A stretch of DNA of 63,316 nucleotides, the filler included, from Squatina squatina (lineage: Eukaryota), in the NCBI GenBank assembly GCA_031763465.1. It is 4 parts of 4 records of this genome, joined end to end, with 100 filler letters (N's around TTAATTAATTAA, not from the genome) between each part and the next. Parts side by side here need not be neighbours in the genome. Positions count along the whole stretch, not along the records: positions 49,900 to 63,316 come from JARFOE010000057.1; 3 more parts are not named here. One strand, given 5' to 3'. The translations under genes and the position numbers were made by a program. Below the pieces are notes generated by a model that worked only from the letters and a program-made list of their open reading frames with translations, had not been told where the DNA came from and ran no database searches. Of the stretch, positions 60,997-63,316 are shown in pieces; within the stretch, counting starts at the first letter, position 1, and each line of letters begins with the position of its first letter.

Positions 60997-63316
60997 CTGC
61001 AGAGAGGGAGAGTGGGGGAGGGGTGGGAAGAAAAGCAGGCCATCAGAACAGTTTTATTCCCCGAACTCACAACCACAAGCAGCTTCTTCCACCCAGGCAG
61101 AAGACGAAGCTCATAAGTTAAAAAGGATGAAAGGAAAATGAGAATACCTTCCTTTTCCTGTTAAGAACACAGCACACAGACTGACACTCGACCCATTTTG
61201 ATTTTTTTTAAAAACAGCTTCCAGTCCCAAGGTGTCGACCGCTGGAGGTTTGTTGGCTCCACCTTCAAGGGTGGAGTGTAGGCTGCTAATTTACTACTCC
61301 GGGGCAGAAGAGGTCCAGCTGTTACGCAGATTGCTGAGAAGAGCTGCCTCCCTGCCCTGTGCAAACAGAACACTGGTGCTCCAGCAGAGCGGAAATAAAG
61401 AGAGGCCTCATTCCCTCAAGCAGTGTCATTCACAGACAATGAGGGGTGAATGGATGGCACGACCCCTGCTCCCCCCCTCACTACCCCACCCCACCCCTTT
61501 TCCTGAAAAAGGAAAAAAAATGCAGTCCCCAGTCTTAAAAATCTGACAGCAGGATGTTTGGAAAACTGCTTGATGTGATTATTTTGGTTAACACCCATTT
61601 CTCAGGACTGTTATTGCTGGCAAACTCACCTGATCTGGCATTTAGGTACTGCCCATTTAGCAGCACAAATGTGACTGCATCATAACGGCACAAATTACTC
61701 CATTTATACCGTTTATGTACAATACACTGAAATATTTGACAATTTTAAAATACATATCTCCTTTCCTTTCCAACATGTTTTTGTATGGATGTGATGTACA
61801 TTCATAAGAAAAACTAAGCAATATGTTCTGGCAATTNNNNNNNNNNNNNNNNNNNNNNNNNNNNNNNNNNNNNNNNNNNNNNNNNNNNNNNNNNNNNNNN
61901 NNNNNNNNNNNNNNNNNNNNNNNNNNNNNNNNNNNNGGAGAGCCCCTAATTGCATGCCCATTTCAGGAAATGGTGTTGCAGTAACTGAAAGTACCTCACT
62001 TCTCCTTAAAGAAGTCACTTGCTGGACCAACACTGCACATTTCTTGCCTTTTATACCCACTATTTAAGTGTGTGCACAGTGAGATCCCGTCCAAAAAGAA
62101 CAAAAACTTTGCACCTGACCTTATCTATCTCACTTCCATAGGATTACTATATTGCCGATTAAAATGGTGATCTGTGCAAAAGCAGTTTATGCTAGCTACA
62201 AATTGTGCAGGCATCCAGCAAATCATTGCGCCAACCCCAAAATATGCTCCATAAATTTCTAAATCGTACATATAGTAGTTTAAATAGGAGTGCAGGAAAC
62301 TCAAAACATGGTTCCACAACATCAGTGGCCAGAGGTGCCTGGTAGATATTTAACAAGGCCCAACATTATGATTCAGTGAGGGGAAGGCATCCCCTGGCCC
62401 TCTTAGTTTATCCACAATAGAAGGACAGAAAATAAAAGCAATTCAGGCAACGAGCAGAGCAAAAATACTTAGGACGAAAATATTAGTCGGAGAATACAGT
62501 ATGAAAAACTGAAATAACAGACAGGCAAGAGGCAAAAAGCTTGTAACTGGAATATAGGAACAGAATGGAAACAGGGGAGAAAGAGAGAAATGAGACGAAA
62601 GTTAAAACTTAGAACAAAAGTGATAGTGGTACTGAGGCATAACAGAAGCACGCTATTAGAGTTTGGTAAAAGGCTGCATCATTTCCTGGAATAGTTGAGT
62701 CTTGCTTTAAGGGCCTAGGAAAAATTTTACTTAGTCGTTCTCGGGTGTGTTAAAGTAGTGTTTCTCCACGCATTCGTTTGACATACAGAAAGCCATCCCA
62801 GCACAGGGCTAGCTATAAACAAGCAAACTACATCAACTGACCTGCTGTTCTACATGGTCCTGCACTTTTGTTTTAAAAAAAAAAGGAAACTTCTTACATT
62901 GCTGGTTTTCTGAGCCTAACCTATTCTTCCGCCCACTGCACTTGTCAGCATTCGTCAGCAGTCACGTGATAGAGTTTACTGCACTGCTGGTCAGTGGGTG
63001 GGACATCTGCCGAGGCAAGACAATACGCCCTCTACTTCAAACTACAGCATATGCCCGGAATCTGCTGTAGATTGAAACAGGGGGCTTGTGACTTACCACA
63101 AACCTGGCACAAAAACATCAAGAAATACTGACCGAATAAACTAAAATGAAACCTAGAATCTGTATCAGGTTTTGGGCCCACCATTTGTGCCTGTACTTTT
63201 ACTCTTCCTTACTCCCCAAAACAATTATCTTCTATTATAGTTCAAAATCCTCTGCACACCACCGCAGTGAGCAAGTGCTGGGTCATCGGGCCCAGGGAAA
63301 TGAAAAGAAAATCCCT

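Overview
Eukaryotic vertebrate DNA, most likely from a cartilaginous fish (shark), judged from Deu-domain/SacSINE1-type SINEs, CR1 LINEs and the gene orthologues. The window is not one locus. Three artificial linkers (N44-TTAATTAATTAA-N44) join four gapped scaffolds. (A) 1-15494: NEK6 kinase exons on the minus strand, with a candidate unannotated N-terminal extension. (B) 15595-35109: an F-type lectin (fucolectin) gene whose ~9 kb intron is filled with nested Harbinger/PIF and CR1 elements; its two domain exons are flanked by inverted SINE-derived 33-bp arrays. (C) 35210-49799: an unidentified BTB-zinc-finger gene, then GRHPR, ZBTB5 and POLR1E in the usual vertebrate order, with a probable U12-type intron in POLR1E. 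(D) 49900-63316: KLF8 with a KLF12-like N-terminal exon. Most gaps are exactly 100 N (unknown size), so many exons are missing and spacings are unreliable. I cannot demonstrate a wholly new biological system. The best leads are the unassigned ZBTB gene next to GRHPR, the NEK6 5' exons, an in-frame telomeric-repeat insertion in a Harbinger transposase, and the TE-remodelled lectin locus. Gene names come from recalled protein similarity, not from database searches.
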